Source of the DNA: Myxococcales bacterium
GTDB taxonomy: Bacteria; Myxococcota_A; Polyangia; Polyangiales; Ga0077539
DNA: 64,000 nt
NCBI GenBank assembly: GCA_013298625.1
Contig: JAAFIF010000032.1
Coordinates: forward strand, 17,329 to 81,328
Direction: 5' to 3'
Shown in pieces: positions 35,152 to 44,595 of the stretch. Positions within the stretch are counted from its first letter, which is position 1. Every line of letters starts with the position of its first letter. The notes below the pieces were generated by a model that worked only from the letters and a program-made list of their open reading frames with translations, was not told the DNA's origin and did not search any database. The translations under genes and the position numbers were made by a program.

Positions 35152-36467
35152 CCGACCCGCTCGCGCCGCTCGCCGATCGACTGCACAGCGCCCTGAGAGC
35201 GCTCCAGCGGCTGGGCGTGCGCGAGGCGCTCGCCCTCTCCGAGCAAGAGCTTCGCGGAACAGCCCACATGCTCGCGTGCGCTGTCTCGCTGCGTCGCTGG
35301 CAGCTCGAGCGGCGACGGCCGTCGTGGGACGAACTCTCGCTCGCGTGGGAGGACCTCGCCACGCAGACAGCGGCGAACGAGCCCTCGCTCTGCGCGACGC
35401 TGCACGACGAAGATCGCGTCGAGCTCGTCACCGACAACGCCGCGTCCTTCGCGCTGCGCGCGCGGTGGATCGCCGAGTCGCAGCGCAGCATCGAGCTCGC
35501 GACCTACTACTTGCAGGGAGACTCGACCGGCCAGCGCACGGTCGAGCAGCTGATCGCCGCAGCGCGCCGCGGCGTGCGGGTGCGGGTGATCGCCGACCGA
35601 TACGCGCTCAGCAAGAAGCAATACGAAGGGCTCGGGGCCGACGCGCTGGTCGATCGGCTCGTCGCGCACGGCGCGTCCGTGCAGCGCTGGTCCGACCCGA
35701 CGCGGCCTTACGACGTCAACCACCGCAAGCTGTTGATCGTCGACGATCGCAGGCTGCTCATCGGCGGCCGCAACATCGCCGATCACTACGCGGGGCCAGC
35801 CTGGCGAGACGTCGAGCTCGCCCTCGAAGGCCCGAGCGCACAGCGGGCGTCCTCGCTGTACGAGCGCACGGCGAGCGGCGCGGACGAGCCCGCGCTGCGA
35901 CCGGGGTCGCTCTTGTACGCGAGCACGCCGGCGCGCGTTCGAGAGCACAGCTACTGGGTGTTCTTGCTGCAATGCATCCGCGCCGCGAGAAGCACGGTAG
36001 ACATCGAAAACGCGTACCTCTTCGCGCACCCCGCGCTGCGGCGAGCGCTGGCCGCGGCCGTCCGCCGAGGCGTGCGCGCGAGGGTCCTGACCAACTCCGA
36101 CGAGACCAACGACCTCGGGTATGCGAACTACCGACTGTACACAGGGCTCACAGCGCTCTTCGACGCGGGCGTCGAGGTGCACGTGCGGCGCGGCGCAGGA
36201 CGAACGCTGCACTGCAAGTACTTCGTCGTCGATCAGCGCTGGGTGGGCCTCGGCAGCTCGAACCTCGACTACTACTCCGCTCGGTTCTGCACCGAAGCAA
36301 ACGTTCACGTCGAGAGCGCATCGCTCGCGCAGCAGTGCGCGCGCTGGTTCGAAGCGGGGATCGACGACGCGACGCGGCTCGCCGATCGCGCAGAGATCGT
36401 GAGCGCCGCGCGCAAGCACGCGCGGATCGGGCGAGTGATCGACGCGCTGCTCGAGGACACCCAGTGA
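35148..36467 (+). CDS. phospholipase D / cardiolipin synthase-like protein (two HKD motifs)
   Basis: GTG 35148 overlaps the desaturase stop (GTGA). HKD motifs are HRKLLIVDDRRLLIGGRNI and LHCKYFVVDQRWVGLGSSNL. Confidence 0.85.
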   Translation: MTDPLAPLADRLHSALRALQRLGVREALALSEQELRGTAHMLACAVSLRRWQLERRRPSWDELSLAWEDLATQTAANEPSLCATLHDEDRVELVTDNAASFALRARWIAESQRSIELATYYLQGDSTGQRTVEQLIAAARRGVRVRVIADRYALSKKQYEGLGADALVDRLVAHGASVQRWSDPTRPYDVNHRKLLIVDDRRLLIGGRNIADHYAGPAWRDVELALEGPSAQRASSLYERTASGADEPALRPGSLLYASTPARVREHSYWVFLLQCIRAARSTVDIENAYLFAHPALRRALAAAVRRGVRARVLTNSDETNDLGYANYRLYTGLTALFDAGVEVHVRRGAGRTLHCKYFVVDQRWVGLGSSNLDYYSARFCTEANVHVESASLAQQCARWFEAGIDDATRLADRAEIVSAARKHARIGRVIDALLEDTQ

Positions 36468-37633
36468 GCGCGCTGGTGTGGCGCGCGGCGAGCGCGATGC
36501 TGCTGTTGTCCTTCGTGATGTCGGCCAACGGCAACGTGCTGCCGCAGCTGTATTTTCAACGTCACGCGCCGAGCCAGAAGCTCTCTTGGCTCGCGGCCTC
36601 GCTGCTCTGCGCGACGATCGGTTCGATCGCGGGCGTCCTCTCGTCGCGCGCCCGCTCGAGCCACGGGAGCAGCGCGCTCGCGGCGGTGATCGTCGGGCTC
36701 ATCGCCGAGGTCGCGATGCTGCGCGCGCCTGCGCCGTCGGCGTTCGTGGCGCTGGCGGTCGTCGCGCAGTTCTCTGTGAATTATGCGCTCAACGCGATCG
36801 ACCACAGCGCGGTCCGCGCGAGCGGCGAGCAGAGGTCCCGCCATGATCGCGCGAGCACCGCGGCGCGGCTGCTGGGGATGTTGTCGGCGCCGGTGATCGT
36901 TCCGTCGTTGATCGACCGCGGACAAGCGCTGACGATCGGGCTCGTCGCAGCGGCGGTGGTGGCCGTGCCCTGCGCAGCTGCAGTGCTCGCCGCGGGCGCG
37001 GCTGCGAGAAGCGCCACACACGATGACGCCGAGCAGCGCGGCGAAGGACTCAGCCGCGACGATCGACGAATCCTCGGATTCTCCGTCGCCGTGTACGTCT
37101 CGCTCTATCTCGTCGCCGCCAACCTGATCTATCTGCTCAGAGACGTCGCGCGCATCGCAGACGCAGAGCGGCGCGGGGGAGCGACGCTGACCGTGGTGTT
37201 CTTCGGGGCCCTGCTCGGCGCGGCGCTGAGGCCGAAGCTCCGCGCGACGCACAAGCAGCCGCCCGATGTGGCGCACTTGCTCGCGCCGCTGCCGTGGCTC
37301 GTCATCGTACCCGCGGCGTTGAGCAGCGGATGGGCCGTGCCGTTCGCCGCGCTCGCGACGGGCGGCCTCGCGCTCGGAGCAACGTACGGAGTCTTTCTCG
37401 CCGCGCTTCGCGAGTACGTTTCGCGCGGCGCAAGCCAGCGCGCGCCTCTGCTCAGCGCGTTCAACAACCTCGCCAACACGAGCTCGCTCGTGGCCTTTGC
37501 GTTGCTCGCGCTGGCCGCGGCGCTGAGCGGCGGGCGCACCGCGCGCGCGTACCCTTACGTCATGGCGACGGCTGCGATGCTGCCGATCGCCGCGCTCTCG
37601 CTGCTCACGAGGCTACGTCCGCCGCGCGTGTAG
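36464..37633 (+). CDS. polytopic membrane protein (MFS-like)
   Basis: GTG 36464 overlaps the PLD stop (GTGA). It is 389 aa with 10-12 hydrophobic segments. I saw no diagnostic motif. Confidence 0.6.
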   Translation: MSALVWRAASAMLLLSFVMSANGNVLPQLYFQRHAPSQKLSWLAASLLCATIGSIAGVLSSRARSSHGSSALAAVIVGLIAEVAMLRAPAPSAFVALAVVAQFSVNYALNAIDHSAVRASGEQRSRHDRASTAARLLGMLSAPVIVPSLIDRGQALTIGLVAAAVVAVPCAAAVLAAGAAARSATHDDAEQRGEGLSRDDRRILGFSVAVYVSLYLVAANLIYLLRDVARIADAERRGGATLTVVFFGALLGAALRPKLRATHKQPPDVAHLLAPLPWLVIVPAALSSGWAVPFAALATGGLALGATYGVFLAALREYVSRGASQRAPLLSAFNNLANTSSLVAFALLALAAALSGGRTARAYPYVMATAAMLPIAALSLLTRLRPPRV

Positions 37634-39499
37634 CGGGACGAACCCGCGCAAACGCTCGCGCGTATAGTCGTAGCCGATGCGGACGAGCGCGTTGGCCGAG
37701 GCGACGTCGCCCGTGCCAAAATGCTCGACCGGCGGGCGCAAGAACAACTCAGCGTCCGTCGCCACCGCGTCCACGCGCCCCGGAACGCTGAACGACGCCG
37801 CGCGCAGAAACAGCTCGGGCAACAGCGGCGTTCGTATTCCGCCCGGTCGAACATGCTCCCACAGCGCGCGAAGCGACGTCGGATACCGCTCTGCAGGGTA
37901 GTCCACGGCGCGCTCCCGGCTCACGTCCACAGCGATCAACGTGCCTGGGCAACGAGCGCGCATGCGCGCGCCGGGCAGCGTGTCGCTCGTGCCGCCATCG
38001 ACCAGAATCCGACCACCCACCACGCGCGGCGGCAGCACGCCTGGCAGCGCAGCGCTCGCGAGCAACGCGTCCGCGACGAGCCCTCGTTCGAAGAGCACCT
38101 CTTCGAACCTCGAAATGTCACACGCGTTGCAGAAGAACGGCAGCCACAAGTCCTCGATGCACACCTCGCCAAACAGCGATCGAATGATCGACTCCATGCG
38201 CCGACCGCGCAGCAACGAGGTGAGCGGCAGCGTGAAGTCCGACAGCGGCCCAGACGCCACCGCCCGATCCGCAGCAGCGCGCATCGCGTCCGACGATCGC
38301 GCCATCGCGTAGTGCGCCGCCGCGACGGCGCCGATGCTGGCCCCTGCGATCTGATCGACCGCGATCCCCCCTTCTTCGAGCGCGCGAAGCGCGCCGACGT
38401 GCGCGAAGCCGCGGGCGCCGCCGCCGCCGAGCACGACGCCGACCGAGCGCCCCGCGACGGATCGAGCCAGGCTCGCGATGTCCTCGACGCGCCCGCGCCG
38501 CACGTGCCTGTGCTGCTGCACGTCGCGAGCGCGCAACCAGCGCGAGGTCCCCGACGGCAACGCAGTGTCAGCAGAGTGGGACAGCACCAGCGTTCGGCGA
38601 GCGTGTCGCGTAGAGCGAGCCTCGAAGAGCGAGCGCTCGAGCGCGTGCGGCACGGGCGAGCTCGACGCGTCCGCGAGCAGCAAGACGTGATCCGCTTCGG
38701 CGAGGATGCGACGGTTCCAAATCGTGTCGCGCCGGTCGCCTTCGAGCAAGACGAACCGGTGACGCTCGCCGAGCGCGTCGATCGACGCCGCGAAGTCCAG
38801 CCACGCCGGGTGCTCCTCGCGCCGAGTGTGCTCGGCGGTCGGCCCTAGCGCGCCGTCCGACCGCTGGTGGGACAGCGGCCCGAGCGCGCCGAGCTGCTCG
38901 GCGAGCTGCGCGCAGAACGCCTCCAGCGCGACCTCGGGACGCGCGGCCACAACGGCGACGCACTGGCATTGATGCGCAGGCCGCTCGCGCTCGATCGGGT
39001 GCAGCGAGCGTCGCAGCGCGAAGCGAAAGGCCCGACGCAGGGCGTCCGCGTCGAGCTCGCTCAGCGCGTCGACGTGCCCATCGAAGCGCAGCAGCACCGA
39101 GTCACGAAGGGCGATCGCGCTGTAACAGTGATCAACGCCGGCGAGCACGGCAGCGTCGCCGACGACCTCGCCGCGTCCGATCTCTGCGACGGACTCATCG
39201 AGCCCCGCGCGCAGGCGGCGCGTGAGCTCGAGGCGACCATGCGCGAGGACGAACCACGAGCGAGCGGGGTCTCCTTCGCGAAACAACGGTTCGCCTCGAT
39301 CGATCTCGACCCAGCGAGCCCGCGCGTCGAACGCGTCGAGCGATCGTTGGTCGAGCGGACCGAGCAGCGTCGGCAGCGCCTCTGCGAGCAGCGCGATTCG
39401 CTGCGCTTCGAGCCACTGGAGCCTCGCGGGATCGCGGGGCTCGCGGCAGGGGCCGCCCGAGGTCGAACCGTCGTCGCGCGCGCGCAGCTCGGTGCTCAT
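37613..39499 (-). CDS. patatin-like phospholipase with N-terminal cyclic-nucleotide-binding domain (NTE-like)
   Basis: ATG 39499 lies in the frame of ORF 37613..39691. cNMP-like segment FREGDPARSWFVLAHGRLEL...GRGEVVGDAAVL. Patatin motifs are GGGGARGFAHVG, GASIG and VDGG. Confidence 0.85.
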   Translation of the reverse strand: MSTELRARDDGSTSGGPCREPRDPARLQWLEAQRIALLAEALPTLLGPLDQRSLDAFDARARWVEIDRGEPLFREGDPARSWFVLAHGRLELTRRLRAGLDESVAEIGRGEVVGDAAVLAGVDHCYSAIALRDSVLLRFDGHVDALSELDADALRRAFRFALRRSLHPIERERPAHQCQCVAVVAARPEVALEAFCAQLAEQLGALGPLSHQRSDGALGPTAEHTRREEHPAWLDFAASIDALGERHRFVLLEGDRRDTIWNRRILAEADHVLLLADASSSPVPHALERSLFEARSTRHARRTLVLSHSADTALPSGTSRWLRARDVQQHRHVRRGRVEDIASLARSVAGRSVGVVLGGGGARGFAHVGALRALEEGGIAVDQIAGASIGAVAAAHYAMARSSDAMRAAADRAVASGPLSDFTLPLTSLLRGRRMESIIRSLFGEVCIEDLWLPFFCNACDISRFEEVLFERGLVADALLASAALPGVLPPRVVGGRILVDGGTSDTLPGARMRARCPGTLIAVDVSRERAVDYPAERYPTSLRALWEHVRPGGIRTPLLPELFLRAASFSVPGRVDAVATDAELFLRPPVEHFGTGDVASANALVRIGYDYTRERLRGFVPLHARRT

Positions 39500-39507
39500 C
39501 GCCGCGA

Positions 39508-40713
39508 TCACACCCGGTACATCGGCGCGTTGTTGCGAAAGTCCTTGGTGAACAGGATCTGAAAGAGCCCGCCCACCAGCGCATCGCAGCCTGCGACGTA
39601 GAGCGCGAGGAGGTAGTCGTACATGCGCACGAAGCGCGCGTCGTAGCGCGTCGAGTCGATGCGATGCTTGTTCGCGTTCCAGTTGGCCCACCAGTGCTTG
39701 GCGGTGGGAAGGTAGTGGCGGCCCATGTTCTCGACGTCGAGCACTGCGAGGTCGTTCTTCTCGAGCTGACGGATCGCCGAGCTGATGTTCGGATGGGTCG
39801 ACCCCGGAAAGATGTACTTCTGCACGAAGGGATCGGGGTCGTTTTTGCCCTTCACGCAGCCCATGAAGTGAACGAGCCCCCAGCCGTCGTCCTTCAGCAT
39901 CTTGTTGACGTGCTTGAAGTACGTCGGGTGCTCGTGCGGGTACAAATGCTCGAACATTCCGATCGAAGCGACCCGGTCGAACACGCCGCGCGTCTGACGA
40001 AAATCGCCGTACTCGACGCTCACCAGGTCCTCAAGCCCAAGGTGCCGAGCGCGCCTCATCACCCACTCCGCCTGGTTCTTCGCGATCGTCACGCCGCGAC
40101 CCTTCACGCCGTGCTTCTGAGCGGCGTAGATCAGCAGCCCACCCCACCCGCAGCCGATGTCGAGCAGCGTGTGCCCCCGCTCGACGCGAAGCTTCTGGCA
40201 GACGCGCTCGTACTTGTTCTCTTGCAGCTGCTGCAGCGTGTCTTCAGCGGTCTTCTGGTAGCCGCACGTGTAGCCCATGGTCTCGTCCAGAAAGAGCTCG
40301 TACACGTCGTTGCCGACGTCGTAGTGGAGCTGAACGTTGGACTCGGCCCCGGTCAGCGCGTGCTGCACGCGCATCGCGGCGACCCTGAGCAACACTTGCG
40401 GATGATCTCGGAGGTGCCGGTCCATATCCGCCCGCGCGAACGCCGTCAGCAGCGCGTCGAGCGTGCCGACCTCGAGGGTCCAACCCTCTTCCATAAACGA
40501 CTCGGCGAGCCCCAGGTTTCCGCTCGTCAGGATGCGTCGCGCGAAATTGGGATCGGTCACGCGCAGCACAAAGTCCGGGTCCGTCGAGGCGCTGGCGCTG
40601 CGACCGATGTCCCAGATCCGATCTGGGAGCACGAAGCGCATGCGCTTCGCGGTCATCGCGTGGTCCAGCATCGAGAACAGCGCTTGGTCAGCGGTAGGAA
40701 TCAGTTGAACCAT
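39508..40713 (-). CDS. cfa: cyclopropane-fatty-acyl-phospholipid synthase family methyltransferase
   Basis: ATG 40713, preceded by a GAGGA Shine-Dalgarno. Motifs: HYDVGNDVYELFLDETMGYTCGY, the SAM motif LLDIGCGWGGL, and SIGMFEH. Confidence 0.88.
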   Translation of the reverse strand: MVQLIPTADQALFSMLDHAMTAKRMRFVLPDRIWDIGRSASASTDPDFVLRVTDPNFARRILTSGNLGLAESFMEEGWTLEVGTLDALLTAFARADMDRHLRDHPQVLLRVAAMRVQHALTGAESNVQLHYDVGNDVYELFLDETMGYTCGYQKTAEDTLQQLQENKYERVCQKLRVERGHTLLDIGCGWGGLLIYAAQKHGVKGRGVTIAKNQAEWVMRRARHLGLEDLVSVEYGDFRQTRGVFDRVASIGMFEHLYPHEHPTYFKHVNKMLKDDGWGLVHFMGCVKGKNDPDPFVQKYIFPGSTHPNISSAIRQLEKNDLAVLDVENMGRHYLPTAKHWWANWNANKHRIDSTRYDARFVRMYDYLLALYVAGCDALVGGLFQILFTKDFRNNAPMYRV

Positions 40714-40941
40714 CGTCAGTCGTATCCTCGTGGATGGCGACCGCAGCGGCGTCACGCCAGCGATCACCGTCGCGCAGGCGCGTTGATTATGTGTGTGTAT
40801 CCATCCGCCGCGGTCGGTCGCCGCGCGCACATACCGTGCGCGTCGCAGCGATGTCTACGCGCGAGACGCGAGCGCGTCACCCGACGCGAGCAGACTCGGC
40901 GTAGCGAACGATGACAAGACCTTGCACCGGCGGCGTTCGCG

Positions 40942-41862
40942 CTACCGCAGCGCCTCGATCTGCCCCTCTTCGAGCGCGAGCACGTAGCCCCCGCCCGGGA
41001 TCAACCCGAGCACCGTCCGCGCCGCGGTGAACGGCGGCTCGGACTCTCCGCTCGCCGTCGTGCGGCTCACGTGCCGGCCAAACGCGCTCACCACCGTCGA
41101 ACCGTCGAAGCACGCGGTGTGGCCTTCGCCCGAGAGCGCTCCCCGCGCGCCGTCCCCGTGAAAGATCCTCCATCCGCCGTCGCGCGCGACCGCCAGCAGC
41201 CGCCCGTCGATCGAGCGAGACAACGTGCGCGGCCAGTCCATCCCCTCGCGATGCGCGCGCGTCAACGTCAGCGTCGCCAGCGAGAGCAGGTGCACGTCGT
41301 CGCCGCGCTCGTCCGGCGCGCCGTCGGTCGGCCGCGAGGTCAGGACCAACACCGTCGCGTCGTCGACGAAGGCCGCCGCGGCGCTCTCGTAGGCCCCCAC
41401 GCTCACGTGCGTCGAGCGCGAGCGCTGGACGTCCAGCAACACGAGGTGCGCGCACTCTTTGTCAGCGGTGCTCGCGCTGACAGCCAACAGACGCTCGCCG
41501 TTCGGCGACCAGTCGAGCTGCGTCACCGTCGCCGGTCCGCGCGCGGGGTCGTGCACCGACAGCCTGGCGATCACGACGCCGTCCCGCGCTTCGCGAAGCT
41601 CGACGTGAGGCTCGTCGAGCTCGGGCCCGCCGGTGACAGCCACTGCGACTCGGCCGCCGTCCGGAGACGCTGCGATGGCGGTCACCGCGCCCGCGGAGTC
41701 AGGCCACGAAACGGTCTTCCAATTGAAGAAATCCAGCGCGTACAGCGCAGAGGGAGCGCTGCTCACCACGACCAACGAGCCCTCTGCGTTGCCGCCGAAG
41801 TCGCTCGAAAACGTCGTCTTGACCTTCACGGTCTTCGGACCCCTGGCTGCCTTCGTCGTCAT
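40942..41862 (-). CDS. hypothetical beta-propeller-like (WD40-like) protein
   Basis: ATG 41862 lies in the frame of ORF 40942..42402. Repeated blade-like segments (AIAASPDGGRVAVAV, LDWSPNGERLLAVSA, SIDGRLLAVARDGGWRIF). Confidence 0.6.
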   Translation of the reverse strand: MTTKAARGPKTVKVKTTFSSDFGGNAEGSLVVVSSAPSALYALDFFNWKTVSWPDSAGAVTAIAASPDGGRVAVAVTGGPELDEPHVELREARDGVVIARLSVHDPARGPATVTQLDWSPNGERLLAVSASTADKECAHLVLLDVQRSRSTHVSVGAYESAAAAFVDDATVLVLTSRPTDGAPDERGDDVHLLSLATLTLTRAHREGMDWPRTLSRSIDGRLLAVARDGGWRIFHGDGARGALSGEGHTACFDGSTVVSAFGRHVSRTTASGESEPPFTAARTVLGLIPGGGYVLALEEGQIEALR

Positions 41863-41919
41863 CGACCGGCAGCTACAGCACGGCACACGCGCGCGTCGCA
41901 ACGTTCTTTCTTCTCGGCG

Positions 41920-42207
41920 ATGGCGTTGCGATTGCACAGAACGGCCATTGCAACGAGCGAACGAGCAGCTTCCGCGACGCTCGACGAGCTCGTCGGCGCA
42001 GCGGCGATCGTCGCCACTCTGTCGTTTTCGCCCGTCCTCGCGTGGCGCTATCGGCGCTGGGGAGCGACGGACGAAGAGCGCCTCCGCGCGATGCCGGGCG
42101 ACGCGCTGGTTTCTGCGCCGAAGCTGCAATCGACGCGCGCGATCGACATCGACGCCCCGCCCGAGGCCGTCTGGCCCTGGCTCGTGCAGCTCGGGCACGA
42201 GCGCCTG
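41920..42207 (+). pseudogene. SRPBCC-family protein, N-terminal 96 codons only
   Basis: MALRLH...WRYRRWGATDEERLRAMPGDALVSAPKLQSTRAIDIDAPPEAVWPWLVQLGHER is the conserved N-terminus of a widespread SRPBCC family. The reading frame runs into the foldback repeat at 42208, and no continuation exists downstream. Confidence 0.7.
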
Positions 42208-42808
42208 ATGGTTGCCCAACAGCTGCCTGGAGAAACAGCGGCGAAAGAGCCCGGAGCCCAAGGGCTCATGGTTACCCAGATTCTCCTTGGAGAAACAGCG
42301 GCGAAAGAGCCCGCAGCCCAAGGGGCCGGGCATCAGCGCCCGCACCGTTACCGGTGTTCTCTTCGGGCGAAGCGCAGCGGTCTCGCGACCGCAGCTAGCC
42401 AATGGAGCTCGGCGAGCACTCTCGTTGCCTTGCCACGGTCCTCACTGAAGACACGATCCTCGACGCGATCACCGTCGCGGCGCCGCTGCATCGAGCGATG
42501 GTCGTGACCGAGTCGAGGACTGAGTTTTCAGCGAGGACCGCGGACGAGCATCGCGCGTTCGATGGTTCGCCATTGGCTAGCTGCGGTCGCGAGACCGCTG
42601 CGCCTCGCACCGAAGGTGCGCTGTTGCCCGCCCCCTTGGGCTGCGGGTCGCTGTGCCGCTGTTTCTCCACACAAGACTTGGGCAACCATGAGGCCCAAGG
42701 GGCCGGGCACTTTCGCTGCTGTTTCTCCACGCAGAATTTGGGCAACCATGAGCCCTTGGGCTCCGGGCCCTTCGCCTGTGATTCTCCACAAAAGATTTGG
42801 GTAACCGT
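42208..42808. repeat. foldback element: inverted arms built from tandem 60-nt units around a 164-bp centre
   Basis: Units lie at 42208-42267 and 42268-42327 (forward) and at 42630-42689, 42690-42749 and 42750-42808 (reverse complement). A perfect 34-nt inverted repeat sits at 42372-42405 / 42570-42603. Confidence 0.85.
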
Positions 42809-42939
42809 GAGGGCTCGTCTCCCGGGGCGCAGCGCAACGGATCGTCCCGCGATGCCCCGCGCGAAACGCTCGGCGCGAGGTATACCGATGCGATCCGCGT
42901 CACGCGGAGCTGCCCACGAAACGGAGAGTTGCCCACTTG

Positions 42940-44592
42940 ATGTCGATGAAGCGAAGCCCCCCTGTCCTCGCCGCCACGCTCGCGCTCAGCGCCGCGTGCT
43001 CGGCGCCCGAAACCATGCCGGACGCGCGCGTCGATCGCGACGCGACGACCACGATGGACGCGGCGGCCGACGTCGCAGTGGACGCGAGCGCGCCGGTCGA
43101 CACCGGCGTGCAAACGGACACCGGCGTCGACACCGGCGTCGCGCCGCAATGCCCGATGGGGCAGACCCGCTGCGGAGACACCTGCGCCAACCTTCAAGAC
43201 GACGCGACCCACTGCGGCGCCTGCGGCAACGCCTGCCCTGCGGGCCAGAGCTGCATCGCCGGTCGTTGCGGCTGTCCGATGGGACAAGAGCTCTGCTCGG
43301 GCGCGTGCGTCGACCCGCGCACGAGCACGATGAACTGTGGTGCGTGCGGCAACGCCTGCCCGATGGGGCAGATGTGCGTCGCCGGCGCGTGCCGCGTGGA
43401 CTGTCCCCTGCCGCGGACCATCTGCGGAGCGGGCGCTGCGATGGAGTGCGTCGACGCCGCCAACGACGCGCGCCACTGCGGGAGCTGCAACAACGCGTGC
43501 CCGACGCCCGCCAACGCCGCGAGCGCGTGCGTGATGGGCAGCTGCGGCCTCGGCGCGTGCAGCGCGGGCTTCGCCAACTGCGACAGCAACGCGGCCAACG
43601 GCTGCGAGGTCGACACGCGCAGCGACGCGCGCAGCTGCGGGACGTGCGGGACGGTGTGCCCGGCGCTTCCCAACGCGATGGGCGCGTGCGCGATGGGCAT
43701 GTGCGGCCTCGGCGCGTGCAACCCCGGCTTCGCGGACTGCGACGGCAACGCGGCCAACGGCTGCGAAGTGGACACGCGCAGGGACACGGGCAACTGCGGG
43801 CGATGCGGCGCCGCGTGTGCGCCGATCGCCAACGGAACCAACGTGTGCAACGCGGGCGTGTGCGGCATCGCCGGATGCAACGCTGGCTTCGCCAACTGCG
43901 ACGGCAACGCCGCGACGGGCTGCGAGATCGACACACGAACCAACATGGCGAACTGCGGCGGCTGCGGCAGCGTGTGCGGCGCGCTCGCCAACGGGACGAG
44001 CGTGTGCGCCGCGAGCCAGTGCCGAGTGGCCTCGTGCAACGCGGGCTTCGCAGACTGCAACGGCGCTCCCAACGACGGATGCGAGACCAACGTCAACACC
44101 AGCGCGAGCCACTGCGGTCGCTGCGGGATGGTGTGCCCTGGCGGCCAGATGTGCATCGCGGGGGCGTGCATCGCTGCGCCGACCACGGTGACGTTTCCCT
44201 CCGCGGGCTCGACGCTCGGCGTCTCGCCTGCGACGACGCTGGGCGCGGTCGGGACGAACCGCTACTACCAGACGGGCGACTTCGTGACCGAGACGTTCAT
44301 GCGGACGTCCGCGACCACGCAGCTCGACATCAGCTTCTCGATGAACGACTTCACCGCGGGCTGCGCCGTCGGACAAGCCCTCTCGTGGAACGTTCTGGTC
44401 AACGGCGCGGTCGTCGGCACCTTCGGCTGGTCCGGCGGATCCGCGGTGAATCCACGCACGGTGACGCAGTCGTACGTGTTCGCCCCTCGCCCTGCGGGCG
44501 CGGTGACGCTTCGATTTCAAGCGACCACCACCGTGTGCCCGGGCGGCAACTCGTGGGTGTGGGCCCCCGGCGGGACCGCGACCCTTCGCTGA
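42940..44592 (+). CDS. large Cys-rich repeat lipoprotein with C-terminal beta-sandwich-like domain
   Basis: ATG 42940 lies 11 nt after GGAGAG. Lipobox LAATLALSAAC. About 9 repeats carry (H/N)CG.CG..C and GC(E)(V/I)DT motifs. The last 150 aa or so are Cys-poor (TVTFPSAGSTLGV...WNVLVNGAVVGTFGW...). Confidence 0.8.
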   Translation: MSMKRSPPVLAATLALSAACSAPETMPDARVDRDATTTMDAAADVAVDASAPVDTGVQTDTGVDTGVAPQCPMGQTRCGDTCANLQDDATHCGACGNACPAGQSCIAGRCGCPMGQELCSGACVDPRTSTMNCGACGNACPMGQMCVAGACRVDCPLPRTICGAGAAMECVDAANDARHCGSCNNACPTPANAASACVMGSCGLGACSAGFANCDSNAANGCEVDTRSDARSCGTCGTVCPALPNAMGACAMGMCGLGACNPGFADCDGNAANGCEVDTRRDTGNCGRCGAACAPIANGTNVCNAGVCGIAGCNAGFANCDGNAATGCEIDTRTNMANCGGCGSVCGALANGTSVCAASQCRVASCNAGFADCNGAPNDGCETNVNTSASHCGRCGMVCPGGQMCIAGACIAAPTTVTFPSAGSTLGVSPATTLGAVGTNRYYQTGDFVTETFMRTSATTQLDISFSMNDFTAGCAVGQALSWNVLVNGAVVGTFGWSGGSAVNPRTVTQSYVFAPRPAGAVTLRFQATTTVCPGGNSWVWAPGGTATLR

Positions 44593-44595
44593 CGC

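Noticed and set aside
42402-42569. Open frame through the foldback centre (MELGEHSRCLATVLTEDTILDAITVAAPLHRAMVVTESRTEFSARTADEHRAFDG) as a real small gene.
   Set aside because: The frame starts inside the 34-nt inverted repeat and continues open through the right-arm repeats into Arg-rich sequence. I recognised no family. It may be a remnant, but I cannot support it as a CDS.
42208-42808. Possible CRISPR array, suggested by regularly spaced repeats.
   Set aside because: The units abut with no unique spacers. The 'variable' parts are themselves homologous between units. The units occur in both orientations around a centre, and there are no cas genes nearby.
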